Origin: Fonticula alba ATCC 38817
Taxonomy: Eukaryota; Protista; Nucleariida
Assembly (NCBI GenBank): GCA_000388065.2
Contig: KB932201.1
Reading direction: 5' to 3' (one strand)
DNA: 10,976 nt
Shown here: in pieces, positions 10,063 to 10,976 of the stretch
How positions within the stretch are numbered: the stretch's first letter is position 1
How the letters are laid out: every line of letters begins with the position of its first letter
The notes under the pieces: generated by a model
The model's database searches: none
The model's input: only the letters and a program-made list of their open reading frames with translations
Told to the model about the DNA's origin: nothing
Program-made: the position numbers and the translations under genes

Positions 10063-10297
10063 AGTGGGACATGGTCGGTCTGGGGCACCGTTCCCCCCCC
10101 CCCCCCCCTACCCCCCCTGCCGAAATGAATGTTCTCGCTGGCGCCGGCAAAGATGGCTAATGTATTTGCGTAGGGTAGAAAGGAGGAGGGCGGAGAGGAC
10201 AACGGAGCGAGGGGAGCGGGGAAGCACGCGAGCATGCGCACATTTTGCTGCTCTTGATGCCCAGCTTTCCCGGGCTGCGGGAGGAAGAGAAAATCCG

Positions 10298-10976
10298 CTA
10301 CTTCTTCTTCCTAAATGCCACACAAGGGACACGATGGAAGGGAGGTTAGTGCTTTGAGCAACTGAGGAGGGGGGGAGAAAAGGAGAAACGTACTTGGAGC
10401 CCTTGCTCTCAAAGTCCTGGAGAGCCTTCTCCAAGACCGGCTTGTACTCCTCCGAGGCCAGGTAGGCCAGCAGCGCCTTCGGTCCGTTCTTCTCGAGAGC
10501 CTTGACGATCTCCGGGATCAGGGGGTTGCCGGCGGCCTTGAACACAGACTCCTCCCCATCCAGCGGGAGCCCGGCCATCTCGGCGGGGAAGAAGGCAATG
10601 TCATTGCCCTGGATATTGAACTCGACCAACTTCGAGAGCTTGCCAATCTCTGGCGGGAGATGCGTGAGGCGGTTGTCACGGAGAGAAATCTAACCCGAAC
10701 GGGGCCACAAACGAGGGACCGGAGAGGGCGTTAGCTGCTTGTCCACAGGGGCAAAGGGAGCGCCCATGCTCATGCCAAATGGGCCCGTACAAGGGAGAGG
10801 TTGGTGAGATTCCCAATCTCTGCCGGGAGACTGGTGATCTTGTTGTCCGAGAGGAAGAGGTGACGCAAGGTGGCTACGACATGGGAGTGGGAGGCAAGTC
10901 CCGGGGCAGGGGGGAGGGGACACGAGAGGCAAGCAACACCGGTCAGGACGATGAGCCAGAGCAACATGACAGAGAG
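10298..10976 (-). CDS. RSU1: Ras suppressor protein 1 (RSU1)-like leucine-rich repeat protein, 3' part; exons 10873-10791, 10689-10394, 10310-10298; 5' exons lie beyond the window
   Basis: Spliced translation: TLRHLFLSDNKITSLPAEIGNLTNLSL|ISLRDNRLTHLPPEIGKLSKLVEFNIQGNDIAFFPAEMAGLPLDGEESVFKAAGNPLIPEIVKALEKNGPKALLAYLASEEYKPVLEKALQDFESKGSK|KKK*. It has 23-aa LxxLxLxxNxLxxLPxEIG repeats. The LSLRDN, IQGN, VFKAxxNP and YxxSExYK motifs match the RSU1 C-terminus as I recall it; orthology is recognised by eye, not by search. Introns 10790-10690 and 10393-10311 are GT-AG with consistent phase. Confidence 0.85.

Overview
GC-rich (roughly two-thirds G+C by eye), intron-dense eukaryotic genomic DNA, probably from a unicellular protist; the species cannot be established from the sequence. 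Most ORFs in the supplied track are antisense shadows or translated microsatellites, and the real genes only appear after manual splicing. Three loci are supported. (1) A long multi-exon minus-strand coding region of unrecognised function runs from about 8189 to beyond base 1; it may be one very large gene or several tandem ones. (2) A complete 5-exon ING-family PHD-finger gene lies on the plus strand (8360-10062, 271 aa), with a GC-AG intron inside the PHD finger. (3) The 3' end of an RSU1-like leucine-rich-repeat gene lies on the minus strand (10298 to beyond 10976). There are two assembly gaps, one flanked by an artefactual duplication, plus many G/C homopolymers and microsatellites. I found no rRNA, tRNA, CRISPR array or mobile element, and no clear novel multi-gene system. 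The best leads are an unusual GTRCG donor consensus, the RSU1 homolog and the large unknown gene.
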